Source of the DNA: Candidatus Micrarchaeota archaeon
Lineage (GTDB): Archaea; Micrarchaeota; Micrarchaeia; Anstonellales; Anstonellaceae
Length of the DNA stretch: 63,241 bases
Direction: 5' to 3'
NCBI GenBank assembly: GCA_026414325.1
Contig: JAOAJF010000002.1
Location: 1 to 63,241, forward strand
The notes under the pieces are model-generated. The model was not told the DNA's origin. It was given only the letters and a program-made list of their open reading frames with translations, and did no database searches. Below are positions 36,446 through 46,167 of this stretch, piece after piece. The position numbers were made by a program, and so were the translations under genes. Position 1 is the first letter of the stretch; the number at the start of each line of letters is the position of its first letter.

Positions 36446-37084
36446 ATGGCAGAAAATATAAGCCCAACAAGAATGGAGCTTCTTAATACAAGAAAAAAGA
36501 TTAAGTTAGCTTATCAAGGGCACAAATTGCTAAAACAAAAGCGAGATGTTTTAATTTTGGAATTTTTCAAAATTTTATCAAAAGCAAAAGATTTACGAGC
36601 AGAATTAGCTGAACAAATAAAAACTGCTTATAGAGCAGTAGCTTTAGCACAGGCTTATCATGGAGTAGCTGATGTACAGAATATAGCAATTTCTTTAGCA
36701 CCAATAAAACCAGTTAAGATCGATGTTAAAAATATAATGGGAATAAAAATTGCTTCAGTTCAATCTGAAGAGATAAGCACTAAACCTATTTTAGAGCGTG
36801 GTTATTCTTTAATCGGTTCTTCAGCAAAAATTGACGAGGCAGTAGAGGAATTTTCCAAAACCTTAAATTTAATAATAAAATTAGCAGAAATAGAAAACGC
36901 AACTAGAAGGTTAATAACAGAAATAGAAAAAACAAAAAGAAGAGTGAATGCTCTTGAGTTTGTTCTTATTCCTCGTCTTAGCCAGCAAGAAAAATTAATT
37001 CAATTTCAACTTGAAGAAATGGAAAGAGATTCATTTGTAATGCTAAAATCCATAAAAAGAAAATTATCTTCTTCTCAAGCTTAA
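36446..37084 (+). CDS. atpD: A-type ATP synthase subunit D
   Basis: ISPTRMELLNTRKKIKLAYQGHKLLKQKRDVL N-terminus and KTKRRVNALE motif. Confidence 0.9.
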   Translation: MAENISPTRMELLNTRKKIKLAYQGHKLLKQKRDVLILEFFKILSKAKDLRAELAEQIKTAYRAVALAQAYHGVADVQNIAISLAPIKPVKIDVKNIMGIKIASVQSEEISTKPILERGYSLIGSSAKIDEAVEEFSKTLNLIIKLAEIENATRRLITEIEKTKRRVNALEFVLIPRLSQQEKLIQFQLEEMERDSFVMLKSIKRKLSSSQA

Positions 37085-37087
37085 TAG

Positions 37088-37159
37088 TAGCCCCGGGCAG
37101 ATTCGAACTGCCGTTTTCGGGTCCAAAGCCCGATGTCCTTGCCACTAGACGACGGGGCT
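37088..37159 (-). tRNA. tRNA-Gln (anticodon UUG)
   Basis: The reverse complement AGCCCCGTCGTCTAGTGGCAAGGACATCGGGCTTTGGACCCGAAAACGGCAGTTCGAATCTGCCCGGGGCTA has an A1-U72 acceptor and anticodon loop CTTTGGA. Confidence 0.9.
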
Positions 37160-37202
37160 AAAAAGCATTTTTCTTAAATTTATTAAATTTGTTTTTTAAT
37201 TT

Positions 37203-37688
37203 TTAAGCTTTTCCAACTCTTTCTCTTGCTCTTTTCTTCCTATAAACATAAAGCCAAGTTCCTTCTATTTCAATAATTTCATTATTATCATTATCAGTAA
37301 TTTTATTTGTATAAATATAGAAATACTCATGTTGATTGTTTTTCAAAAAGTCTTCCAACTTTTTCTTTCCTTCTTCTCCCATTTTTTTTAATTCTTCTGG
37401 TGATATAAATATTTCTCCTCTCTCATCAAGAGATTCAATCTGATTTTTTATTCTATCATAATTTTCTTGTTGTTCTTTTGTTAATTTTATTTTTGGTATT
37501 TGCTGAAGTTTATTCTCTTTGGTAGAAGGTGGGGGGTTTTCTTTTTTAGGTTTTTGTTCTTCTTTTTGCTTTGATTTTTGTTGAGTATCTGCTGGCCTTG
37601 TACGTTTTGGAATAATTCTGGATGGATTAGCTCTTTTCTTTTTTTCTTCTTCCAAATATTTTAGTCCTTCACTCATTTTATTCACCAT
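37203..37688 (-). CDS. Hypothetical Lys/Glu-rich protein, translationally coupled to proS
   Basis: 161-aa ORF. Its ATG overlaps the proS stop (TAATG). Confidence 0.5.
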   Translation of the reverse strand: MVNKMSEGLKYLEEEKKKRANPSRIIPKRTRPADTQQKSKQKEEQKPKKENPPPSTKENKLQQIPKIKLTKEQQENYDRIKNQIESLDERGEIFISPEELKKMGEEGKKKLEDFLKNNQHEYFYIYTNKITDNDNNEIIEIEGTWLYVYRKKRARERVGKA

Positions 37689-39142
37689 TAATATTGTTTT
37701 GCAACATAAACAAACTCTTTAGCTTCTTTTTTGCAGACAATACATTTTCTTTCTATTGGCTTTTCAGCATCCAAATATTTAATTCCTCTAACATCTAAAG
37801 AATATTTATCTTTTAAAAATTTTGCACAAGTCTCTCCATTTGCTTCTATTGAGCAAAATGGAATTTTTATTAATCCAAAGTCCTTTGCTTTTTGTTCTAA
37901 TTCTTCAATACTATAGGCACTTGTTTGTAATCCTTGAAAAGTGTCGATAGCTCTTTTTTCTAAACGCTTGTTAAATTCATTTGCTTCAAATCTTATTCTT
38001 TGGCTTAAATCTTCAACAGCAACTAAAAGCTTTTGTTCTTTTTCTTTTTTATCTCTCAGAGCGAGAGTAACTTTTCCTTCTTCTACTTCCTTTATCCCTA
38101 TCTCAATTCTAATAGGAACTCCTCTCACCTCCCAATAATTATATTTATATCCAGGAGTATTTTCACTCTCGTCTAAAATCGTTCTATATCCAAAATTACT
38201 AATTATTTTATAAACTGAGTGGCAATACTGTGTTATTTTTTCTTGTGCTACTTCCTTTGTTAATATAGGTATAATAACAATATGCACCGGACAAAATTCA
38301 AAAGGAAGCATTATTCCTCTTTCATCACCATGAATACAAATCATTGCCCCATAAATTCTAGATATTGCTGGTCCATAGCAAGTTTGCCAGACATATTCTT
38401 TCTTTCCTTCACTATTCAAATAGCCTACATCAAAAGCTTTTGAAAAATTTTGCCCCAACAAATGTGTTGAAGGAAGTTGTAAAACTTTTTTATCTGGCAT
38501 TAAAGTATCTGCAGCAAAAGTTTTTTGAGCTCCAGGAAATTTATCCCACTCTGGTCTTTGAAAAAAAATAAAAGGAATTTTAAATTTTTCAAAAACAACA
38601 TGTTCTGTCATTTGCATATCTTGTTTTACTTGCTCTATTGCTTCCTTTTCAGTTGCAAAAGCAGTATGTGCTTCAATCCAGTAAAATTCTCGTGAGCGAA
38701 AAAACGGCTTTGTAGCTTTTGTTTCATATCTCCATACCTGGCAGGATTGATAAACTTTTAGTGGAAGGTCTACAATTCCCTGAATCCATAATGAAAACAT
38801 CTGATACATTGCTGTTTCAGAAGTTGGTCTGAGGGCTAATTTTTCTTCTAGTTTTTCTTTACCAGCTTTTTCTACCCAAAAAACTTCTGGACTAAAACCC
38901 TTTACATGCTCTTTTTCAATATCAAAATTTTTTTTTGGAATTAAAGCAGGAAATATTACTGGCTTGTGTCCATTTCTTTCAAGCTCTTTTTCATATTCTT
39001 CATACATCAATTTTATTGTTTTTGCAGCCCAAGGTCTTATAACAATACAGCCTTTAACATTGTATCTAATATCTGATAATTCTGCCAAATCTAATACTGT
39101 GTTGTACCATTCTGAAAAATTTTTTTGCTTATCAATATTCAT
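37688..39142 (-). CDS. proS: Prolyl-tRNA synthetase, archaeal type
   Basis: MNIDKQKNFSEWYNTVLDLAELSDIRYNVKGC..., plus RPTSETAMY, FRSREFYWIEAHT and a C-terminal zinc-type CIVCKKEA. The track ORF extends 74 codons further to 39364, across the rbcL start. I prefer the ATG at 39142. Confidence 0.9.
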   Translation of the reverse strand: MNIDKQKNFSEWYNTVLDLAELSDIRYNVKGCIVIRPWAAKTIKLMYEEYEKELERNGHKPVIFPALIPKKNFDIEKEHVKGFSPEVFWVEKAGKEKLEEKLALRPTSETAMYQMFSLWIQGIVDLPLKVYQSCQVWRYETKATKPFFRSREFYWIEAHTAFATEKEAIEQVKQDMQMTEHVVFEKFKIPFIFFQRPEWDKFPGAQKTFAADTLMPDKKVLQLPSTHLLGQNFSKAFDVGYLNSEGKKEYVWQTCYGPAISRIYGAMICIHGDERGIMLPFEFCPVHIVIIPILTKEVAQEKITQYCHSVYKIISNFGYRTILDESENTPGYKYNYWEVRGVPIRIEIGIKEVEEGKVTLALRDKKEKEQKLLVAVEDLSQRIRFEANEFNKRLEKRAIDTFQGLQTSAYSIEELEQKAKDFGLIKIPFCSIEANGETCAKFLKDKYSLDVRGIKYLDAEKPIERKCIVCKKEAKEFVYVAKQY

Positions 39143-39193
39143 ATATATTTTTAAATAAGTTAAAATTATAAACACTCGCTGTTTGAACATTTT

Positions 39194-40438
39194 ATGTACG
39201 GCGGCTATGGAAATTATATAAAAACCTCTTTTGTTCCAGATAAGGACGATTACTTGATCGCAACATTTAAAATAACTCCAAATAAAAATTCGCTTTATTA
39301 TTGTGCAGAGGCTGTTGCTGCTGAAAGCTCTATAGGTACTTGGACTAGTCTTTCTACAATGCAAAAAAGAGTTCTAAAAAATTTGCAACCAAAAGTTTTT
39401 TATATTGATAAAAAAAGTAGAATTATTAAAATCGCTTATCCAATTGAGTTATTCGAGCCTTCTAACCCAGCTCAACTACTTTCTGATATTGCAGGAAATA
39501 TTTTTGGAATGAGAGAAGTAAAATGGCTAGCTCTTTTAGATTTTGAGGCTCCATTAAATTATTTTAATTCTTTTCCAGGACCAAAATTTGGAAAATTAGG
39601 TATTAGAAGACTAATCTCTACAGATAAAAATCCAAGGCCTCACATTGGCACCATTATAAAGCCAAAAGTGGGACTCAATCCAGTCGAGGCAGCAAAAGTA
39701 GCGTATGATTCTTGGGTCGGAGGGCTAGATTTAGTAAAAGACGATGAAAATTTAACCTCGCACACTTTTTCTAAGTTTGAAGATAGGCTTGCAAAAATCC
39801 TTGAGGCAAAAGACAAAGCAGAACAGCAAACTGGCAAGAAAAAAATTTACTGCCCAAATATTTCTGCTTCTGCTGAAATTATGCTTAAAAGAGCAGAGCT
39901 AGCTCAAGATATGGGTTCAAATTGTATTATGATAGATATTTTAACAGTTGGTTTTAGCGCAGTTCAATTTATTAGAAATCAAAATTTTAAGATGTTTATT
40001 CATGCTCATAGAGCAATGCATGCAGCTTTAACAAAAAATAAAAATCATGGAATTTCAATGCTTGTTTTAGCAAAATTAGCCAGAATGGCAGGAGCAGATC
40101 AGCTACATGTTGGAGCAATATTTGGCAAAATGGAAGGCTCTAAAAAAGAAGTACTACAAATTCACAAGTGGCTAAATTCTCCAGTGGGTAATTTAGCAGA
40201 GGTTTTTTCTGTTGCTTCTGGTGGTGTTAGCCCACTAACTTTACCAAAAATCGCAAAAGCTTTTGGTAAGGATGTTGTTATTCAAGCTGGAGGAGGGGTA
40301 CATGGTCATCCTTCTGGAACTAGAGCAGGAGCAGCTGCACTTTATCAAGCACTACAAGCAACTTTGCAAAATATTCCTTTAGAAAAATATGCTCTTGAAC
40401 ATAAGGAACTAAAACAAGCACTACAAAAATGGCACTAA
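39194..40438 (+). CDS. rbcL: Ribulose-1,5-bisphosphate carboxylase/oxygenase large subunit, form III-like
   Basis: GTIIKPKVGL, GGLDLVKDDENL (KDDE carbamylation/metal site), IHAHRAMHAA, LHVGAIFGKMEG, VASGG and AGGGVHGHPSG. No small-subunit gene is present. Confidence 0.9.
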   Translation: MYGGYGNYIKTSFVPDKDDYLIATFKITPNKNSLYYCAEAVAAESSIGTWTSLSTMQKRVLKNLQPKVFYIDKKSRIIKIAYPIELFEPSNPAQLLSDIAGNIFGMREVKWLALLDFEAPLNYFNSFPGPKFGKLGIRRLISTDKNPRPHIGTIIKPKVGLNPVEAAKVAYDSWVGGLDLVKDDENLTSHTFSKFEDRLAKILEAKDKAEQQTGKKKIYCPNISASAEIMLKRAELAQDMGSNCIMIDILTVGFSAVQFIRNQNFKMFIHAHRAMHAALTKNKNHGISMLVLAKLARMAGADQLHVGAIFGKMEGSKKEVLQIHKWLNSPVGNLAEVFSVASGGVSPLTLPKIAKAFGKDVVIQAGGGVHGHPSGTRAGAAALYQALQATLQNIPLEKYALEHKELKQALQKWH

Positions 40439-40525
40439 ATACTAAATTAAGGAAAAATTTTTGTTCAAAGAAAAAATAATTTATACTATTAATTTTTTTG
40501 GATAACTCTATTGGATAATTCTATT

Positions 40526-41545
40526 TTAATTTCTTTCTTTATTTTCAATAAATTCAATAATCGTTTCTATTTGTTTGATCATTTCTTTATCTTCTTTTTC
40601 TCTAGCCTTGGCCAAAGAATTTTTAGCATAATCTAATGCGTTTTTTCCTTCTTCATCTTTCAATGTTACATCTGCCCCTGCTTTAAGAAGAATAAAAGCA
40701 CTTTTTGTGTCTAGTTTTTCTAGAGCTATCATCAATGCAGTTTTTCCATTTCCATCTTGAATATTTAAATCTGTTTCTTTCAAAGATGCTAAAAATTCAA
40801 CAAACCTATCTTTTTTTATTTCAGCAGCATGCATAAGAGGGGTTTTTCCTCCCATGGAAATAGAATTGATATCTATCCCATACTTAATTAGTTTTTCTGC
40901 TATTTCAATACTATCTGCCAAAACAGCAATGTCTAATGCATTCATTCTATAAAGATTTAGCATATTTACATCTGCTTTATTTTCTAATAGATAATCTATA
41001 ATTTTATTTTTAGAAGGATCTGAAGGTAGTGCTATAGCTACCATTAATGCGCTATTACCTCTTCCATCAATATTTCTTTTGTCATTAATATCCGCTTTTA
41101 AATCTTCAACAAAAATTTTAAGAGCTTTTAAATTTTTATTTTTTATAGCTTTTATTAATGGTGTTTGGTATTCTACCATCTCTCTATCATATAGATTTAT
41201 CTTATTATTTGCTAAGGCATTTTGCAAAATTTTTATCGGGTCTGGATTATTCGGGCTTAATTTTTTTGCTATGTATTCTACAGTTTCTTCTGAACTACCA
41301 GTAATAGCCCATAGAAGTAATTGCTCATCAACTGCTATACCTTCCTTTTCTAAAGTCTTTATGGTTTGTATATCCCCTCTTATTGCGGCTCTTATCATTT
41401 TTGACTTGTAATAAAATAGATGGGCTGCAGCAAATTTTTCATCTAAATTGCTAAATCTTACAAACTCTTCTTTTCTTGTTTGTTTATAACTTTCTCCATT
41501 TTTGTTGTTATCTTTTCTATTTTGTTTCCCGAAATATTTTTGCAT
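40526..41545 (-). CDS. Ankyrin-repeat protein
   Basis: Repeated G(N/K)(S/T)(A/P)LM.A...(G/N)....V..LL..GADVN-type units, e.g. GNSALMVAIAL, GKTPLMHAAEI, GKTALMIALEKLDTKSAFILLKAGADV. No signal peptide. Confidence 0.85.
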   Translation of the reverse strand: MQKYFGKQNRKDNNKNGESYKQTRKEEFVRFSNLDEKFAAAHLFYYKSKMIRAAIRGDIQTIKTLEKEGIAVDEQLLLWAITGSSEETVEYIAKKLSPNNPDPIKILQNALANNKINLYDREMVEYQTPLIKAIKNKNLKALKIFVEDLKADINDKRNIDGRGNSALMVAIALPSDPSKNKIIDYLLENKADVNMLNLYRMNALDIAVLADSIEIAEKLIKYGIDINSISMGGKTPLMHAAEIKKDRFVEFLASLKETDLNIQDGNGKTALMIALEKLDTKSAFILLKAGADVTLKDEEGKNALDYAKNSLAKAREKEDKEMIKQIETIIEFIENKERN

Positions 41546-41678
41546 ATTCTCACCTTTTCCTTTCTAAAAAATCTATACTTATCTAAAACATTTATATAAC
41601 GATATAACGTCTAAAATATTGTTGTAAGATTTATATATATGTTAGGTTACAATATTATGTACATCTAAACACAAAAAG

Positions 41679-44600
41679 GTGTGGGAGTTGAGCAAATATT
41701 TACTACTAGTTTTGGTCTTTATCTATTTATTTTCAATTTTTTTTGCTGCTGAAAGATGTACTGAAGGCGGTCTAATTCGCTGCTCAAGAAATATTTTACA
41801 AATCTGTGATGGTGCATTTTGGCAGGATTTTGAAAATTGCCAATACGGCTGTGATCCAAACCTTTTAGCTTGTTATCAATGTCAAAAAGGAACAAGCTTT
41901 TGTTCAGGAAATGTTTTAGTCTCCTGTCCAGATGGATATTATTCTAATTATAATTGTGAGAGAGAAGGAAAAGTTTGTGATTCAAACAAAAAACAATGTT
42001 TAACAAATATAGTTTGCTCTAATGGTGATAGGGTATGCAATGGTAATATTCTATTAGAGTGTAAAGCTAATAAATGGATTGAATTATTTGATTGTTCTCG
42101 CTCTCCATTTATAGAATGTTATCAACAAACTCCTTCTTTTGCTTTCTGTAAGGAATGTTCTGCGGTAGGAGAAAAAGCTTGCACCTCTCTAAAGTCCTAT
42201 AGAAGATGTTTAGAGAATTTTTCCTGGTCTAAAGAAGAATTTTGCCCAACTAATTCTATTTGTTCTCTTTTTACTGGCAATTGCGTTTTTTCTACATCTA
42301 CAAAACAAACAGTTTTAGAAACCTCAAGGCAAAATTGTGATGCTTTTCCGTCTTATTATTTTACAACCCTCGTTACAGATACATTAGATAGAACCTTAGA
42401 AAATAGAATGGCTTCAACTCAAAGCGATATTTATTCTTCTAAATTAGAGGATAATGATGTACCTACTATACTCTCTCCACTAAGGGGAACTAACTATCTT
42501 TATCCTTCGCTCCTTTATAGAATCTCTAATCAACAATTTCGAGGTTTTGAAAATAGAGTTATTTCAATATTTTCACAGCAGAATTATACTATAGAACAAT
42601 CTTTTTGGATTGGCTCTAAAGAAGATGGTGTAAGTTTTGACCCTACTTCAAAGACCATCATAGCACAACCCAAAGTACTTGCTTACTCTATAAAATTTGA
42701 TAGAGAAGGTTATGGTATTCCATTATGTAATATTGGAAACCCAAATGATTTTCAAGACTATGAAAATTTTGCTTGGTGTGATCCTTACTCAAAACATTCA
42801 CTTAAAAATCATTTTGTTAGAATACCTTTTTTAGGTTCAGATTGGATTATTTCTGAGGTTTCTCCGCCTTCTTCTTCGTTGCCTAGTGCAATAGCATCTA
42901 TTACTGGTGGTAAAGTTATACTCTCTAAACCCAGATACTATGGCTATTTAAATGTTGGTGAAATAGTACAAATAAACGATTTAAAACTAAAATTAATTGA
43001 TTTGATCCAAACAAATAGATCATCATATAATCCTAAATTTTGTTTTTCAGTTGGCAGGAACTCACTTATTGTTGGTTATATCTGTATACCTGCTGGAGAA
43101 AATTATACTTTTTTTAGTCCAGGTGGGGAAGAACCTATCAATATAGTATTATCTCAAGTAGCTGTTTTGCCCTCTAGTCAAATTTCTGTTGTTTCAGATG
43201 GTTCTTCTTTAGAAAATTTTGAACTTAATTTTAATGAGGAAAAAAATATAAATGGATTTAGAGTTAAATTTTCCTCAGTTGTTTTTATTAATAATGAACC
43301 TTATGCAGTTTTTGATGTATTCGTGCCTGATAGTGATGTTGTTGGAGCTATAGTTATCTCAAAAGGGCAGGAGCAGTCATTTGTAGATATAAGAACAAAA
43401 AGAAAATTAACTTTGAGTTTAAATGATTTAGTCTTGCCTTCTGTAATAATCTCTTTAACTTCAAACTCATTTTCTTTAGACAATCTTGTTCTAACTTTAG
43501 GACAACAATATTCTGAAGCAGGAGTTTCTGTTTTATTCCAGGGGGTGTTTTCTAATCCTTATACTTTTACTAAGTACTCTTTTTTTAGTATTTTAGATAA
43601 AAATGATAAAGAACTTGCTCAGCTATATTTAAAAGAAGGAGATATCTATACTTTTATTTATTCTCTTGAGCCTAAAAATTCTTTTATTATTGCTCAGAGG
43701 AATATTGTTTTCAATCCTTCTTCAAAAGAAAATAGCTTCAGCGAGGTGTTTATCTATCCTGAACAACTACTTTTAGAGAATGGAAAAAATATTTTATATT
43801 TTTCAGATGGAAATTTAAAACAATTACCTTATAAAGCAAATCTTATTTGGAAGAACTTATATTATAGTGGACGAGCTAGCTCTACAGTACCTGACTCTTT
43901 AAGAGAAATTGTAATTTACAAAGAGATAGACAAGAAATATCTGCCAGCCAATGTGATAGATTTTAGCCCAATTGATAGAACAGTATTTAGAATAAATTAT
44001 ACTGGTCTAGATTTATCTTCTGAAGATTATATTCCTATTGCTATAGAATCTTTAGCTCTTTCTTCTTATCCAATATCTTTGGATGGAAAAGATTGCAAAG
44101 AGAGCTCTAATGTGGTTAATTACTCTGCACGATTAATTAGATTTTCTAGTCCTTCTCAAAACTTTGGCTATCTAACAGACAATTTTGAAAATAGTTTTAG
44201 TTCATTTCTCTTTGATCCTATTGGTTGTAAAGCTTTAGATAATTGCCCAGAGAATGTTGTCGAACGCTTTAATGGAACGCAGGACTGGAAAAATATGTTT
44301 ACTAATCATTTTGCTAATTCCAGACCAGCAATATTATATAAGCCCTCTGGCTATGACTGCTATTTAGTTAAAGATATTCAAAAAGGTCAAAACATTTCTG
44401 CTCTCCTCGCTCCTGGGACCAATACTATAAACATTTTAGATCCAGCTAGTAGCTCATCTTTTGGTTTGCTATTTTTTAGTGTAAGCGCTGACAATGTTTT
44501 TAGTGGTTTAAACATGCCTTCTATTAACATCAATAATTATTTGGGTGGTATTGCTATAGCAGTGCAAGAAGACGCAGGAAATTTTGATACCTTTACAAGT

Positions 44601-45527
44601 TACCCAGTTACAACAGCTATTTTATTATTTGCAACCCCTATGGCAGATTCATTTAGTTTTGTGCAACAACCTCAAAAAGCTCAAATTTTTTATTCTTCAA
44701 TCAAAAAGAAAGCAACCCTAGAATCTTTAGCTAGTCAGCTAAATCCATCTAATTCCTATGACTCATATTTCCCACCCTTTTATACAGAAAGAGGTTCTTA
44801 TATTGATAAGATTAATTCCTCTGTTTATAATTTCTATATAGCAAAAAAAGTTGGAAGAGCGACATTTAACTTTTCTTTTTTTGATCCAGATTGTGCTGAG
44901 CAAGTTTTTCCCCCGAAAGAAAATGAAGAAGAGATAAATCAAAATGTTTCAGATAATATTCCATCAGAAGATTCTAATCTGCCAAAAAATAATGATTCTA
45001 ATTCAACACTCTCTTGGGAAAGTTTTAGTAATAATTTCTTTAGTGGCGGTGGAGAACTTTCTTCTATTTGTAAAACTTATTCTAACTGGCTTTTAAATTC
45101 TACAGTAGAATATTTCGAAAATAACAAAAAATGTAGGAATTCAACTTATCTGTCTTTTTGTGTACTATCCAATGGCTCTATCGATTATTCTAAATGGAAA
45201 AAAAATATAACTTCAGAATGTTTTGAAAAAGAGCAAAAACAAGAGCAATGCAATTATATCTTTTTAAATTCTATTTCATATGTTGATAATTCTACTACCC
45301 TTTGCAGAAATTGTACAAAAAATATATTTGCACTTAAGTGTGATGGGGTTATAAAATACAATAGCACAAAAGAAGAGCTTATCTGTTCAGATTTTTATGT
45401 TTGCACTAAGGCTGTAGAAGAAAAAAAGACAGATCTACTAAACTATATCATTCTTGTCACTTTAGCTTTATCTCTTCTAACTCTAGCTTTCTTCTACTTT
45501 AACAATATTTACAAACATTCTAAATAA
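41679..45527 (+). CDS. Giant (1282-aa) secreted, C-terminally anchored surface protein with Cys-rich terminal modules
   Basis: GTG start. Signal-like YLLLVLVFIYLFSIFFAAE. Four N-terminal modules of type CxxGxxxCxGNxLxxC...W....C. Many N-x-S/T sequons. Cys-rich C-terminal region, then TM LLNYIILVTLALSLLTLAFFYF. Confidence 0.75.
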   Translation: MWELSKYLLLVLVFIYLFSIFFAAERCTEGGLIRCSRNILQICDGAFWQDFENCQYGCDPNLLACYQCQKGTSFCSGNVLVSCPDGYYSNYNCEREGKVCDSNKKQCLTNIVCSNGDRVCNGNILLECKANKWIELFDCSRSPFIECYQQTPSFAFCKECSAVGEKACTSLKSYRRCLENFSWSKEEFCPTNSICSLFTGNCVFSTSTKQTVLETSRQNCDAFPSYYFTTLVTDTLDRTLENRMASTQSDIYSSKLEDNDVPTILSPLRGTNYLYPSLLYRISNQQFRGFENRVISIFSQQNYTIEQSFWIGSKEDGVSFDPTSKTIIAQPKVLAYSIKFDREGYGIPLCNIGNPNDFQDYENFAWCDPYSKHSLKNHFVRIPFLGSDWIISEVSPPSSSLPSAIASITGGKVILSKPRYYGYLNVGEIVQINDLKLKLIDLIQTNRSSYNPKFCFSVGRNSLIVGYICIPAGENYTFFSPGGEEPINIVLSQVAVLPSSQISVVSDGSSLENFELNFNEEKNINGFRVKFSSVVFINNEPYAVFDVFVPDSDVVGAIVISKGQEQSFVDIRTKRKLTLSLNDLVLPSVIISLTSNSFSLDNLVLTLGQQYSEAGVSVLFQGVFSNPYTFTKYSFFSILDKNDKELAQLYLKEGDIYTFIYSLEPKNSFIIAQRNIVFNPSSKENSFSEVFIYPEQLLLENGKNILYFSDGNLKQLPYKANLIWKNLYYSGRASSTVPDSLREIVIYKEIDKKYLPANVIDFSPIDRTVFRINYTGLDLSSEDYIPIAIESLALSSYPISLDGKDCKESSNVVNYSARLIRFSSPSQNFGYLTDNFENSFSSFLFDPIGCKALDNCPENVVERFNGTQDWKNMFTNHFANSRPAILYKPSGYDCYLVKDIQKGQNISALLAPGTNTINILDPASSSSFGLLFFSVSADNVFSGLNMPSININNYLGGIAIAVQEDAGNFDTFTSYPVTTAILLFATPMADSFSFVQQPQKAQIFYSSIKKKATLESLASQLNPSNSYDSYFPPFYTERGSYIDKINSSVYNFYIAKKVGRATFNFSFFDPDCAEQVFPPKENEEEINQNVSDNIPSEDSNLPKNNDSNSTLSWESFSNNFFSGGGELSSICKTYSNWLLNSTVEYFENNKKCRNSTYLSFCVLSNGSIDYSKWKKNITSECFEKEQKQEQCNYIFLNSISYVDNSTTLCRNCTKNIFALKCDGVIKYNSTKEELICSDFYVCTKAVEEKKTDLLNYIILVTLALSLLTLAFFYFNNIYKHSK

Positions 45528-45539
45528 TTTTAATTAGTT

Positions 45540-45878
45540 CTATACTTCTTTTCCATAAAATATCAAAGCAAATTTTAGAGATTTTTTTAGATACTTATCA
45601 GATATTCTACTTCTTTGTTCTGGTGGTTTTTTATCATCTTTTAAGGTTGTAAACTTAGTTTTATCTAATTTTTTAAATATTGAATTTACAAAAATACTAC
45701 TATTTGCTTTATCTTTTTCTTCTAATTCTAAAAATATTTTTCTAAATTGTTCTAAAAATATCTCTTTTCTTTTTTTAGCATATTCTGCTGCCGCAGCATC
45801 AATCATAAACTCTTGTTTTTTATCTTTAGGTATTTTTTTCTCTATCAAGTAGTGCCTTGGTAATATAAAGAAAAACAC
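45540..45878 (-). CDS. Hypothetical protein (possibly the 3' part of a disrupted gene)
   Basis: 112-aa GTG-start ORF. An adjoining start-less open frame (46070-45826) overlaps it in another frame. Confidence 0.35.
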   Translation of the reverse strand: MFFFILPRHYLIEKKIPKDKKQEFMIDAAAAEYAKKRKEIFLEQFRKIFLELEEKDKANSSIFVNSIFKKLDKTKFTTLKDDKKPPEQRSRISDKYLKKSLKFALIFYGKEV

Positions 45879-46167
45879 CTTCTCTTTTTTCTAAAGTTAA
45901 TTGATTAGTTTTTGTATACTTTTTAATCCAGCTAAATAAATCTAAAGAATTAGTAAAAATAGGTAGATTTAACTTAGATAAATATTTTTTATAATATTGG
46001 TAAAAAGAGTTTAAAAATGAGTTGGTAGTTAAATTTTTTGCAGCAAAAAATTTCTTAGACCAAGTTTTGTAGAATTAGAATTAGTGATTGAGTGATTAGC
46101 TATTAATTTTTAATTCTAATCTCATTTAATAGCAATAAATATATACTTTATAGAATAACAGTATAAT

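Noticed and set aside
39143-39364. 74-codon N-terminal extension of the proS ORF (start at 39364)
   Set aside because: The extension has no similarity to ProRS and is Cys/Ile/Phe-rich. It runs across the rbcL start on the other strand. The conserved ProRS N-terminus (MNIDKQKNFSEWY) begins at the ATG at 39142.
40499-40525. Near-direct repeat ttggataactctatt / ggataattctatt between rbcL and the ankyrin gene
   Set aside because: There are only two 13-nt imperfect copies, in a convergent (terminator-side) spacer. No supporting structure or conservation can be assessed.
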